62,942 nucleotides of DNA, filler included, from Ministeria vibrans ATCC 50519 (GCA_943704425.1; 5 parts of 5 records of this genome joined end to end with filler, not necessarily neighbours in it), one strand, 5' to 3'; positions 1 to 12,252 are shown, numbered from the whole stretch's first letter. Translations and numbers: made by a program. Notes: generated by a model not told the origin, from the letters alone.

Positions 1-109
<109 letters not shown>

Positions 110-131
110 TTTACTTTTTGGGTGTTTGTAG

Positions 132-268
132 CGCTCTCTCAATCATCGCACAGTGGAATGTACACTGGCGGACAGTCGACTACCTGGCGCGAACCAAACG
201 TAGCCCATGATCCCGCCCTTGACATGCGTCTTAATGCCATTGCCGTCGACAACGCAACGGATGTATAG
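132..268 (+). CDS. Terminal exon of an upstream gene of unknown product (LSQSSHSGMYTGG...DNATDV*)
   Basis: Acceptor tttgtag at 131, open frame to TAG at 266-268, then AT-rich 3' sequence. Confidence 0.55.
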
Positions 269-334
269 AATCAATTTCAACTATTATTATTATAATTCAT
301 AACGAAGGAATAAAGGAAGCAAAAAGTTGTGTTT

Positions 335-2073
335 TTATTTCTTGCCCCATCCGCCCCAAAAGGAAAGCACATTGCCAAGAATGCCTGTCTTCTCCACACG
401 GTGCTCCACACTCGGCAGTTCCACATGATTCAGTGCCAAATCTGGAAAAAAAAAGAAAAAAAAAAGGAGGAAAAAAGGAACAAAGATAAGTAAATTAATA
501 TTAAATGCGTCGCTCAAGATTCAGTTCTTACCGAACAGCAATGGCTTTGCGTTGACGGGAACAAAGGCAGGTGGGAAGGCAATGAGGGAAGAATCATTAA
601 GATTGAGATTGGGTGGGTAGTCGTCAAGGGCCTCGGCGAGGGCTCGCGAAGGCCCATCGGCCACTGAGACAGCCGACGACACACCCGCCATGGCCGCCTC
701 AATCTCGCACCCAATCTAAATCAAAAAAAAAGAAGACAGTGTAAATGAGGGTCAAATAAATGTATTATAGATTGTGTGTGTTACCTTGGAGGAGCGAGCG
801 CCGTTTGCGACGGTGACCAGAGCAGTGCGTTCACGGGCAATGAGCGCCGGATCGCCACAGTCGTCGCACGCCGCAATGGCCTCAGCCGCATATGTCGCCG
901 TGCGGTCAAACAGCGAAAAGGCCTCAGTGAACTTTTGCGTGTCGGCAAACACCTCGGCGACATAGAGACAGCGGAAGGCCTTGAAGGTCGCCTCCTTGGC
1001 GGCGGCAAGCGCAATCTGCGCCCCAACCAGATGGCGCGTGTCGACTCGGTCGGCCGACAGCGACAGCGACTCGAGTTCGAGACGCAACGAGTGTGCACAC
1101 TGCATCAATGTGTCGTACAGCTTCACAAGTGCCTCGGGACGCACGCTCCCGTCGGGTGTCTCGGTCGCATGCGCTGCAGTCGCCTCACCACCATTTCCGT
1201 CCTTCTTGCCAGTCCGCTGTGCCTTCTGTGCCGCCTTGAGAGCTGTCCACGCCGACGCAAGCGACTCGGCCAAGTGCACATCGCGGTTCATGGTCTCAGT
1301 GTAACGCATGCACGTCGCATACGACACAAGCTCATTCAGCAGTCCCAGTGCCTTCCCCTTGTCCGCCACGCCAGTGCTCTATTAAAGCACAAAAAAAAAA
1401 TCAATATCACTTCCGCTACACGTGTCTCTTGCATACGGAATCGAGCGAGCGGCGCTCCTCCTTGACCGTCTGCAGCAGCTCCACAACAGCGGCAATGAGA
1501 TTGTCGCGCTCCGTCGCTTGCGCCGTCACGACCACTGCCGTCGTGGCGGCGGTCGTCTCACTCCCTTCATGTGCGACCACTTCGCCTCGCAACTCATTGA
1601 CCTTCACCAGTGCCATGCGCGTTTGCGCACTCCGGATGGGAATCTCACGGCCAATGTGCGTCACACTGCAAATACACAATGAGCGTGTGACAGTACAGGT
1701 GCGTGTGTTGTTACCTTGTCAGTGACTGTGCTTCGCGGGCGTGCGCCTCACGGAAGACCGACTCCAATTTGGTACTGAGCATCTCCAGCACTTGAGAAGA
1801 AGCCGCCCTGAACAAAACAAAATGAGTGCAAACTGCAAAAATGTGAACCTTTCATACTTTTGGCGCATTTCCAGGAGCTCCTTGACATCGCCCTTGCGAC
1901 TGAGCTTGTGAGCACAAAACTTGATGGACGGCTCAATGTCGGACAGACGCGCGTCATACGCATCGCGCACCCCTGCAGAGCCCGCCAGCGTGTCCAAGAG
2001 CGCCTTGGCCCGCTGGAAGTGCTCGAGCGCTTCTTTAAATCGGTCGTGGTCAAACGCCATTGTCCCTTGCATC
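335..2073 (-). CDS. SRP68: Signal recognition particle subunit SRP68, 3' exons
   Basis: Spliced peptides MQGTMAFDHDRFKEALEHFQRAK...IEPSIKFCAHKL, EATFKAFRCLYVAEVF...FTEAFSLFDR and C-terminal DLALNHVELPSVEHRVEKTGILGNVLSFWG match SRP68 motifs. Confidence 0.88.
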
Positions 2074-2084
2074 CTATTGTGTGT

Positions 2085-2088
<4 letters not shown>

Positions 2089-2174
<86 letters not shown>
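2089..2174. repeat. (GA)n microsatellite, left boundary of the block nested in SRP68
   Basis: About 40 GA units. Confidence 0.95.
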
Positions 2175-2177
<3 letters not shown>

Positions 2178-2214
2178 GCTGACGGCCAGACCAGTGACGT
2201 GATTGGATTCTTCG

Positions 2215-3259
2215 TCATACATTGCGAAGTCGCTTGGACTGCGCATGTGAGTCTGCGTCGTCACAGTCCCGACTTCGCTTTGCCCCAAGCACCATATCGG
2301 CCCCCTCATTGGCCAGTCTGTCGGCCATGGCATTTCCCTCTGAGCTCGAGTGGCCTTTGACCCACTCAAAGGTGGTGGAGTGCCCTGCGCGTGTGCGAGC
2401 CGTCATGGCGGCGTCCACTCTGCGCCACAGGTCTTGATTCGCCACGTCGCCCTGGTCTGCCCGCTTGAACCCCCTATTTTTCCAATTTTGAAGCCATTCT
2501 GTCGCCTATCATACAAGATGTAAGCAACGAAACCTATGACCATGGTGTTCCCTTACTCCTTTGACGACGTATGAGGAGTCGCAGTAGATTTTAGCGTCGC
2601 CTAGCGAAGGCGTCTCCATAGCTGCAATGATGCCCATGAGCTCGCCACGGCCATTGGTCATGCGTCCCGTCGGTACTGGCCCGGCTGCATTGCGCGCGTC
2701 ACCATGCCCAAAAAACACTCCGTAGCCAGCACGACGGTCGCTCGCGGGACCCTTGCAACTCCCATCCACATACACTGTCTGCTGCCCACCGCTTGCTGCT
2801 GCGCCGCCGCACTGTGGCGCTGTCCGCGTTGACCCGCTTCGAGAGGCGCTGCTGCGTTCGTGGCGCGCTCGGTCGTAGTCCGCAATGGCGAACGTGCGCG
2901 ACTGTGTCTGCGTCTCACACAAAGCGGACGCTTGAGACACAGACGGGCGTGGGGGCGGGCGGGGTCGAGGGGGCCCCCGGGCGGCGCACGGCAGCGGTTG
3001 CAGTCCATCTGACGATGCGCGGCACCCCACAAACGCCTCGGCGGCTGCACGGGTCGGGAAGCTCTTGAATCTAGCCCCCGGATACCCATGGACTTGGTCG
3101 CTGCACTCTTCCCTACAAACATCGACGAGGTCACATTCTGAACGTTCTTTTTTCACTTCCCTTATTCCCTAATCCAGCACCTTACCATGTCTGAAACACC
3201 CCTGTCAAGCGCCCATTTGCGACAGCGTAAAACTTTAGTTCTTTGCGGCTGCGGCCCAT
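2215..3259 (-). CDS. RNASEH1: Ribonuclease H1 (hybrid-binding domain + catalytic domain), 3 exons
   Basis: MGRSRKELKFYAVANGRLTGVFQTW/EECSDQVHGYPGARFKSF (HBD); VYVDGSC, TNGRGEL, IYCDSSYVVKG, NQDLW, WVKGH..GNAMADRLA give the D-E-D-D catalytic residues. Confidence 0.93.
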
Positions 3260-3502
3260 TGCAAGGAGAGCAGAGGAAATGATGACTGAAGGTCTAAATC
3301 ACTCTAAAGTCTAAACTCTAAAGTATTCGGAGCGAAAACTGAAATGAAAACGGAAAAGGAAAGTGAAAGTAGTGAACGACTGAAACTGTGAAACTGTCTG
3401 AAAGTAGTGAAGCTTTTTTTTTCGTTTTTCACACTCAGTCTGTCTCAGTGATCAGTTGTTCAGTAATCAGTCGACACTCGACAGTCGAACACACCTTTTG
3501 AG

Positions 3503-5862
3503 ATGATCACATGGCAGCTGGTTGCTGTTGTGCTGTGGCAACTGATTGCTGTTGCAAGCACTGTGGAGGCGGTTCCTATTCCGGCAGACTGGCAGAAGCG
3601 CGTCAACGAAGCCAAGATGATATTTTCTGCTTCGCCCGCCGATCCCGGCTACGCGCCATACGTTGGCAACGGGTATGTGGCGGCTGGACTTGATCTAGAC
3701 ACGTGTTACATGGCTGGCGTCTTCAATGGATATCGCAATGGTACAAAAGTGAGATAGAGAGTCAACAATGAATTAACATCAACAACAGTGACTCCCTCAC
3801 ACCGCGCCGCAATCCCGTCGCCAATGCGAGTCAGAATTCAGGGGCCTCCGTCAACTCCCATTGGTGGAGCCTTGGATGTAGAGCGCGCTATTTATTTCAA
3901 CAGATCGCGTTTGCACGACGGAAGGTTTGTTTGTTTGACAGTTGTGCAATCACAGTAATTCACACACACACACATTTTGTATCTCTATCTCGCTCCAGCG
4001 TCATTGAACAGCGGTGGTATGCGCATCAGACGAAACGATCGGTACTCGTGTACGAGGTGGGGGTGCTTGAGTTCGGCTCGGCCACTGAGGTGACGCTGCA
4101 AATGGATGCGACGCTGCCGCTGAACAACACCAGCACCAACGGGGACTTTACTCCGTCGCACAACGTGACCCACCAGTATGACAATGTGTACGTGTGGCAG
4201 GGCACGACACGAGAGGCAGAGACTGCGCAGAGCACCTCGCGGACGGTCGCCATGGCGTTCCAGGCGGTACCCTCACAAGTACTTCTGACGCGCAGTCTGA
4301 ACAACACGCGCTTTCTCAATGTGTTCTTCTCGGACCTTGACTCGAGTGCACCCGACAAAGACGCCTTAGCACTTCTTGCGCTACTTGCCTCGGTGTCTTC
4401 GGAGGCGCTTGTCGAGTCACACGAGCAGGCGTGGCGTATGTTGCACGACGAAGGTGGCATCGACTTGGTCGCCGCCAACGTCACCATTGCATCCACGGTG
4501 AACAGTTCGCTCTACTATCTGTATTCGTCTGCTCGCGCCGACTGGCCCTACGGTCTGAGTCCGTGCGGCCTGTCGGGGCCCAACTCGTGCTACCACTCAC
4601 ATTCATTCTGGGACACGGAGACATGGATGTACCCAAACTTTTTGCTGCTTCGTCCCTCGGTAAGCCCGTCGCTGCTCGAATACCGTGCGCGCCGTGTCGA
4701 CGAAGCCAAGGAGCGGGCACGTGTACGGGGCTGGGAAGGTGCCAACTGGCCGTGGGAATCAGCGTTTACGGGTGTGGACACAGTTGTTGCGCCCAATATT
4801 GAAGGGAAATACGAGCAGCACATTTCGGGCGACATTGTGCGTGCCTTTGCGCAGCAGTGGTACGCGACAGGTGATCGTCACTGGCTCAATCATACTGCCT
4901 GGCCTGTCATCGAGCCCACGTGTGCGTTTCTGGCGTGTCGCATGCAGCGCACAGAGCCCAGCAGTGTCGTCGATGCAGATGGGGATGGCGCAGCGTGTGG
5001 CGTCAAGACGGGCACTGGCAACTACACCATCCTCGATGTGCAGCCGCCCGACGAGCGTGCGGGCCTGGTCAATTCGTCGTGCTACACCAACGCCGTGGCT
5101 GCGAGCGCCTTGCTTTTCTGCGTGCGTGCCGGTGCGCTGCTGGACCGCCCTGTGCCAGCGCAGTGGACACATCTGGCGCGCAACGTGTACTTGCCCCTTT
5201 CGGCAACGCTGTGGCCGGGCCGCCTGGTCCATCCTGAGTACGCCGGCTATGCGGGCCAGCAGATCAACCAAGCGGACGTGACACTGCTGCAGTACCCGCT
5301 GCAGTGGCCCGTCCAGGCCGACATTGCGCACAACGATCTGTTGTACTACACTGCGCACACGGATCCCAACGGCTTTTTCACGGGCGACTCCGCCTACAGC
5401 ATTGCCTGGCTTGCCCTCGGCAACCGCACCGCCGCCGACACACAGTTTGCCAATGCCTTTGCGCACATGGACCTTGCTCACTTCAACGTGTGGCGCGAGC
5501 GCGCGCACACGGATGGCAAGCTCAACTTTATCACGGGCGCTGGAGGCTACCTGCAGAACTTTGTCTATGGCTATGCGGGCGTGCGGGTCACTGCCGACGC
5601 TCTGCGTGTGTCACCTACGCCCGTGCTCCCACCACAGACGACACGTGTCACTTTGCGTCTCAGCTACCTCACGCGTTCCATTGTGCTCACGTACGACACG
5701 GACAAGTGCTGTGTCGCCCTGCGGCCCCCCTCCTCCCATGCCCCCTCGTCCCTCCTTCCACTGCGTCTCGTCCAGGAGCAATCGCACCAGTCGTCGACCA
5801 TTTCCCTCTCTCCCGTGTGCTTTTTGTTGCCGCAGAGCTTTCACATTGAGCCCATCGCTTAA
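3503..5862 (+). CDS. Secreted glycoside hydrolase family 65 (acid trehalase-like / PGGHG-like)
   Basis: Signal peptide; VGNGYV, GLSPCGL, YHSHSFWDTETWMYP, WPWESAFTG, EQHISGDI, PPDE, INQADVTLLQYPL and NFITGAGGYLQ motifs; two short introns near the 5' end. Confidence 0.88.
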
Positions 5863-6007
5863 TCAGTCGTTTTTCATTGACGTACTCTTCATTGTATCAT
5901 ATTTTCTTGAACTCTTCGCAAACTTCTTTTCACTTCATTAATCAGAAGTCGGTTTCAACAAGGCACTCGTTTATGTATCAAACAAAAAGGGCTTCATTGT
6001 AACATGT

Positions 6008-6876
6008 TTACTTCTTGTTCTTTTGGATGAGCTGCGGCGGCAAAGACTGCTGGAGCTTCTCGGCCTTGGCCTTGTCGTCAAGCTACACAACAACAACAGT
6101 CAACACACACACACTTGTCTCTTTTTCTTTCTCCGCGCACTATCTCACACACATACTCTCTCTCTCTCTCCCTCTCTTTCGACATACCTTGAGTGTGTAC
6201 AGGTAGCGGCTGCAGCGAACCTTGAACTTGTACTTGTCCTTGGACTTACGCTTGTCCTTGGCCTTGCCAACACTGTTCTTGGCCTTAGCCTTCATGATCT
6301 GACACACACACACAAAAAGAAGAAAAAAAAATCAAAACATACACATCAAGAGCAGCAGCAGCAGAAACCATGCACGCACACGTCTTGACAACACAAAAGC
6401 AAAATGGTTTGTACCAAAAACCGTACAGAATCAAAGGCGCATCACATCACACACGCTCACTCACTCACACAAAAACCCACCTCACAACCAAACAAAAAGC
6501 ACACGTACACACATACACACATACATGCAATGAACTGCAAAGCCGACACAACTCACATGTACAACGACACACACACACACACACACACAAACGAACACAC
6601 TTGTGCTTTCCCTTTACCTTGACAAATTTGGCATCCTTGCTGTGTGCTCGCTGCAGGAATTCTTTGATCTCCTTCACCTCCTTCGGCTACGCGGGGAAAC
6701 AAAGGGGATGGACAGGGGGCAAGAGAGAGCCAGAGAGAGAGGGAGAGAGAGAGGAAAAGGGTAACGATGAAAAAAAAAAAAAAAAAAAGAAGAAGAAGAG
6801 GTAAAGAAGCAGAGACACGTGTCAGCGGAGGAGGCATAGACCTGGCTGAGACAACGCCAGTGTACATGCTTACCAT
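6008..6876 (-). CDS. RPL38: 60S ribosomal protein eL38, 4 coding exons (the first is ATG only)
   Basis: M/PKEVKEIKEFLQRAHSKDAKFVK/IMKAK...KFKVRCSRYLYTLK/LDDKAKAEKLQQSLPPQLIQKNKK*; GT-AG introns keep the frame. Confidence 0.93.
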
Positions 6877-6910
6877 GATGTTCTGCTTCTATGTTTCTGG
6901 AGTAAACCTG

Positions 6911-6947
<37 letters not shown>

Positions 6948-7597
6948 TGAGAATCGTGTGAACCATATAAATGACCAATACGGTCATCGGCCAGGGGCAA
7001 TGGCGACTAGACAAACCCAGAGAGGCCCCTCGCGCGAGGGGAATGGGCCTCAAACGCGCGTCGTGTGTTAGAAAAGGTCTTCGAAAACACAAATCGCCTC
7101 TGCACAACCCCGCTCGCGCGCTCTCTCAACGCCACGACACACACACATACACACACGCATCCTTAAGCATACCTGACAGAAGAAGTCAAAAAAAAAAGAT
7201 CGCTTTGAAGTCAATGAATTGTATTGTACATTCATCAATGACTTGCGTCTCCGCTCTCCTCCTGCGCTCCCTTCCGTGGCTTTTCGCACCCCCCACCCAC
7301 TCAGCCGTCACTACCTACTCATCGGGATGTCCTCGATAGCTAGGAATTGAACTTCATGACGGTCCAATTTTTCACCAAATTTTCCCGAAGCTTTTTTCAA
7401 AAGACCTTTTCGCCAAAAAAAATCCCATAATCCCATTTCATTTCTCTTCTTTCCGCCCCCAATAACCGGACGATAGTGCTTATAAACTATTAGTGCTACG
7501 ACAAGTGCGAATAAGCGTCGAGAAATATTTTATTTTTGCGTCTCAAAACTGTTTGTCGTCACCTTACTTCTTCCAGACATAGTCGACAGCGAGCGCC

Positions 7598-10500
7598 ATG
7601 GAGAACGTGCCAATCGTCACAGTCGATGCGCCTGCTGTTATTCGACCCCGTCGCTCGTCGACAAGCTCGCTGCTGTCCGATCGAGCTGGTACGGTCACCG
7701 GTTCGGTGTCCTCTTCGTCGCACGTCGAGCGTCCCTCACTCGACTCGCTCGCATGCGTATCGCCCTGGCGCAGCTCCGAAAATCTTACTGGGTCACCTAC
7801 ACACGCGCTAAGGGGAAAGCGGGAGTCTAGCCAGGCCTTCATCGACTCTTTCTCGTCGACGCACTCGTCAGTGCTGCCTCCCAACTCTATTTCGAGTCAG
7901 AACACCACCAACGATGGTGGAAGCGATCCGGCCGTTACCTTTCACCGTCTTTCACGTCTTGCTCGCTCTCTCACACACGAGTCGTCCGAACCCGAAGTGC
8001 CCGACAGCGCCTGTGCCATCTATGGACCGGGCACCGTCATGTCGGCGGAACACTCGCACCACAACCGCTCGGGTCCTCCCTGCGCCTGGGCCGACTTTGT
8101 CGAGCTTGCGCCTCGCGATACATCCAATTCTGGCGAAGAATATGCTGCTTTGCGTGCCATTGCCATTTTTGTATTCAGCGCCGCCTCTCAGAGCACTCTG
8201 TGTCCTCTCAAAGATCGCTGGCATCGCCTCCAAAAATACTCCCGCACCTGCACTGGCAAGGACCTCGTCAACTTGTTGGTCGTGTCAGGCGCGACCTGGA
8301 ATCGCGCCGAAGCCATCCACCTCACCATGGCTCTGCTAAATGCCTCGCTTCTCGGTCGCTGCGGCGGTGGCTCAAAGACCTTCAAAGACTCCTCCAGCAG
8401 TCTCTACCGTTTCACCTCCAGCAGTGTCGGACCTCGTCTCTCCAAACGTTCAAAATCCCACCGGTCCACCTCGAATGACCTCCTTGGCCTACATAATGGG
8501 TCGACAAGTGGGGGTGGGGCTGGGGGTGGCGGAGGTGGCGGTGCTGGTAGTGGTGTTGGCGGCACAGCTGCCTCTGCCACTGCGGCCGGTGGTGGTGGTA
8601 GTGGCCCAAGCACCAATGCTGCTGCCAGTGCCAGTGGTGGCTCCGGCAACGGCAGTGGCACGGGAAGCGGAATACGGCTTGCAGCCAGCGTGTCAATCAG
8701 CGCCATGAGCGATGGTGTTGGTGGTCCTGGCAGTGGCGCTGGTGGCAACTCTATGGGCGGCGGTGGAAGCGGCGATGATGATCGTGATGACGAAGGGGGA
8801 GGGACCGTCGACGACTCGGAAGACGAGGACGCCAATACCCCGCTGGTGGTGGACGCATCTGACGTAGTCACCCTTTCGCCTCACCTGCCCAGTCCTTCGA
8901 GTCGCTACAACAAACGGTCGCGTCGTCGACCCACCACCACCCATGAGAGTCCCATCACATCCACCAACCCCACAACTGTCTCAAGCACTCTCTTGGGTCT
9001 GCTGTCACCTCAATCGCTCAACAAGAACCGCGTCGCATCACCCTCGTCGTCCAGCTCCCAGGTCAACGCTGTCGCCGACATGAGCAAGTGGGAGTTTACG
9101 CTCCGTCTCATGTCAGGCGCCAAGGGTACGGCCAACTCGTCGTCGACTGACTTGGTATCATCTGATCAGCCCGACAGCAGCGACACGCCCACTGCGCCTG
9201 CGTCATCACAGCACGCAACTAAAACGTCCGTGATCTCACCTGCCGCTCCGGGAGTCTCCAGCACTGCCGCTATCACTCAGGCATCACGCACTGGCAGCAT
9301 CGTCAGCGAGAGCACGAGCTCCTCCTCTACCCCTAACAGCTCGATAGTGTTGCCGCGGCTGCGCCACTTTGGTGGTGCGAGTTTGCTGCTCACGAGCGAC
9401 ATGGACCTGCTACTTCCCAATGTGGTTTTGGATAATGCCAAAGCCGTTGTGAATCGCCGTCGTGCCCTGTCACTCACTGATGTGAGCTCTCCAGACGATA
9501 GCGCGACGACCATCACTTCTGCTGTGCCCTCCACGATCGCCCCGCACGACCCCGACGAAGTCTACTGGCAGGCGGACCCCGTTGCTAGTGGCATTGACCA
9601 GCTTCGGGAATGGGGCGTCTGTGTCAGCGATGGCTTTGTGCTCGAACACCTTGGTTCCGCCCACCTGCTCTACCGTCGTCACTTCTACGCTCGTGATCAT
9701 GCTGTCTTTTTCGCCGATGATGCCAATGGCGACCCGTGTGTGCTTACCGTGCGCGTCAGTGCCTCTCATGCCGATCGTTTTCTCATCATCCTACGCCATG
9801 CAGACGAAACGGTCAGCGTCACCGCCTCGCGCGACCTCCTCACCGTCGTCAACACCGAGCTCAAGCTCATCCGTGGCCGTGCCATCACTGCCTCCGGCAC
9901 TACCCTCAACCGTCGCTCTGCCATCACTGGAAGTAATAGCCACACTCCTGTTGCCTCTCCTCCTTCTACCTCTCTCAGCGCTGCCTCGTCGCGTGCAACT
10001 TCGCGTGCCACTTCGCCCAACAACAACGGCAAGAATGCCAAACACAAAAACTCCAACAACTCCAACGACAGCAATGCGGACAATGTGTCGCCTTCCTCCC
10101 AGCTGCAATCGGTCACCCGCGTGCGCTCCTTGCTCACCACCCCTTCCAACACAATGCCTGTGCTGTCCCTCGGCGGTCTCTCCGACAAGTCGCCGCCCAG
10201 TCCCCTGCCGAGTGCCCACAGTCAAGACAAGCTGCTGATAACGCTGTCGCCTCCCCCACAACATGGTCGCGCAACATCCCACGAACCGCCTTCCCTCCAG
10301 CTACAATCCCAACCCCGCCCTCACCACCACTACCAACAGCAACAGCAACAACAACAACAACTACAACATAATCATCATCGCCATCAAATCCAACCTCCAC
10401 ACGACTCCTGTCCCGTTTCTGACGATCCCGACTTTGACGAGCGTCTCTCGCTCGAGCACCCTCGTGCTCTGGTCACGGCTGCTCTCCACCTGACTGCCCC

Positions 10501-12190
10501 TCAACTCAACGTGCCCAAGATGCACCAATGCCCGAGCACTGCCGTTATGGACCAATTGCTTGAATTTGACGAAATGTCTCTTTCCCGCACCTACAAATTC
10601 GGTGTCATCTACGTTGGCAAGGGCCAGACAACCGAACGCGAGTGGCTCACCAACAAGCACCACTCGTCCACCTTTGACGACTTCCTTCACATGCTAGGCT
10701 CGCGTGTCTCCCTTGACTCCTTCAAGGGCTACCAGGGCGGCCTCCTCTCCACTGACGGCCCTTCGTCTGTCTACACCCGCTTTTGCCAGCGTGAGATCAT
10801 GTTCCACGTTAGTACGCTTCTCCCATTTGATCCCAACGATACTCAACAGGTCAGTTTGTTTTTATTTGTTTTTACTGGGTATTTTTACTTCTTGTCACCC
10901 GTTTTTGTTCTCTCTCACTCTACATTACTTGTTTCTTTCCTCTCTCTCTATCATTTTGTTTCTCTATCGCTTTGATTCTCTATCACTGTGATTCTCTATC
11001 ACTTTTTTTCTTTCTCCTTCCTCCCTCCTTCCTCCCTTCTTCCTCCCTCCTCTCTCTCTCTCTATCACTTTGTTTCTTTCTCCCTCCTTTCTCTCTCTCT
11101 CTATCACTTTGTTTCTTTCTCCCTCCTTTCTCTCTGTCTCTCTCGTCTTCTCATTTTTGTTTCCGCTTGATAGATCAACCGCAAGCGGCACATTGGCAAC
11201 GACGTGGTGTGCTTTGTGTATCTGGAGGACGACACGCCTTTCTCGCCGACCGAGGTGCGCTCCGGCTTTATCCACGCGTACATTGTCATCCGTGCCTTTC
11301 CGCAGTCGTCGGGCTCCCCTGCTCGCTACACGGTGACCACTCTGCGCCGCAACACGGTACCGCCGTCGGGCCCAGTTGCGCCCAAGACTGAATTTGACCA
11401 TGGTCAGTCGCTGCGCAACTACCTGCTGACCAAGGCCATCAATATGGAGCACGCCAGTCACATGTCCGTCAAGCTCAGTGAGCTCAAGACCCGTCGTCGT
11501 CGCCTTCTCTTGCGCATGCTCCTGCGTGGCTTCTCCTCCGCACGTCTCTCCACCGCCGAAATCCATCCGCTCTCGCAGAGCCCGTATTCTGCCAAAAACG
11601 TCGACTCGAGCCCCGTCAGTCCCTCGACTGGCAAGAAAAGGGTCACCCTCATGGACGCAACTACCTCTTCGCTCTCTGTCTCCCACAGCCAACTCAACAT
11701 TTCCCAATCACCCTCGCACGTTGACGCTGTTCGCCAGCAGCCTTTGAATGGCAAGGGCACTTCACCATGGAGCAGTGGCACTTCCATTCACCAAGTAGGT
11801 CGCCAGGGATCGCGCTCTTCTTCGGGCTTCACCTTGACCAGCGCCTCGAACATACCGTTGGATTCGATCGATCCCACTTTGCTCAAACCATCGGTGTCGC
11901 TTGATGCACTCGCCTCGGTTGGGGACACTTCTACTTCTGTTTCTACTTCTGTCCCACCACGTCGCATCACCATTGCGAATGTATCGTCGAGTTCCATCGA
12001 GGTCGAGACGTCCTCCGAGAACACAGATGACACAAATGGCGGCGAATCTGTCGTCAACGTCGCTACTCTCCTCACCCTGCCTTCCCCTGACCTTGTGCGC
12101 ATCATTCTTGACTTGCGGCAACAGGTGTGCAGGCTGAAACAGTCTCTATGTGAGCTCGAAGCAGCGAGCAATACATCAGACAGTCTGGTG

Positions 12191-12193
<3 letters not shown>
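7598..12193 (+). CDS. DEP-domain + RapGAP-domain protein with C-terminal coiled coil (paralog 1); intron 10850-11173
   Basis: DEP: LKDRWHRLQKYSRTCTGKDLV...FKDSSSSLYRF. RapGAP: YRRHFY, YKFGVIY, FDDFLHMLG, EIMFHVSTLLP, RKRHIGNDVV (Asn thumb), LLTKAINME. Confidence 0.9.

Positions 12194-12219
<26 letters not shown>
12192..12219. repeat. (GA)n microsatellite, right boundary of the nested block; starts inside the RapGAP TAG stop
   Basis: gtg tagagagag... run of about 14 units. Confidence 0.9.
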
Positions 12220-12221
<2 letters not shown>

Positions 12222-12252
12222 AATGATGACAAGATGGCACTTGCTATGGTAC

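Noticed and set aside
2074-2220. RNase H1-SRP68 fusion via a GTATGA donor at the RNase H1 stop
   Set aside because: The splice would be phase 0 into an acceptor that needs phase 2; the correct-phase SRP68 donor exists at 12252.
2215-3259. RNase H as a retroelement remnant
   Set aside because: It has the cellular hybrid-binding domain and introns, with no RT, integrase or LTRs.
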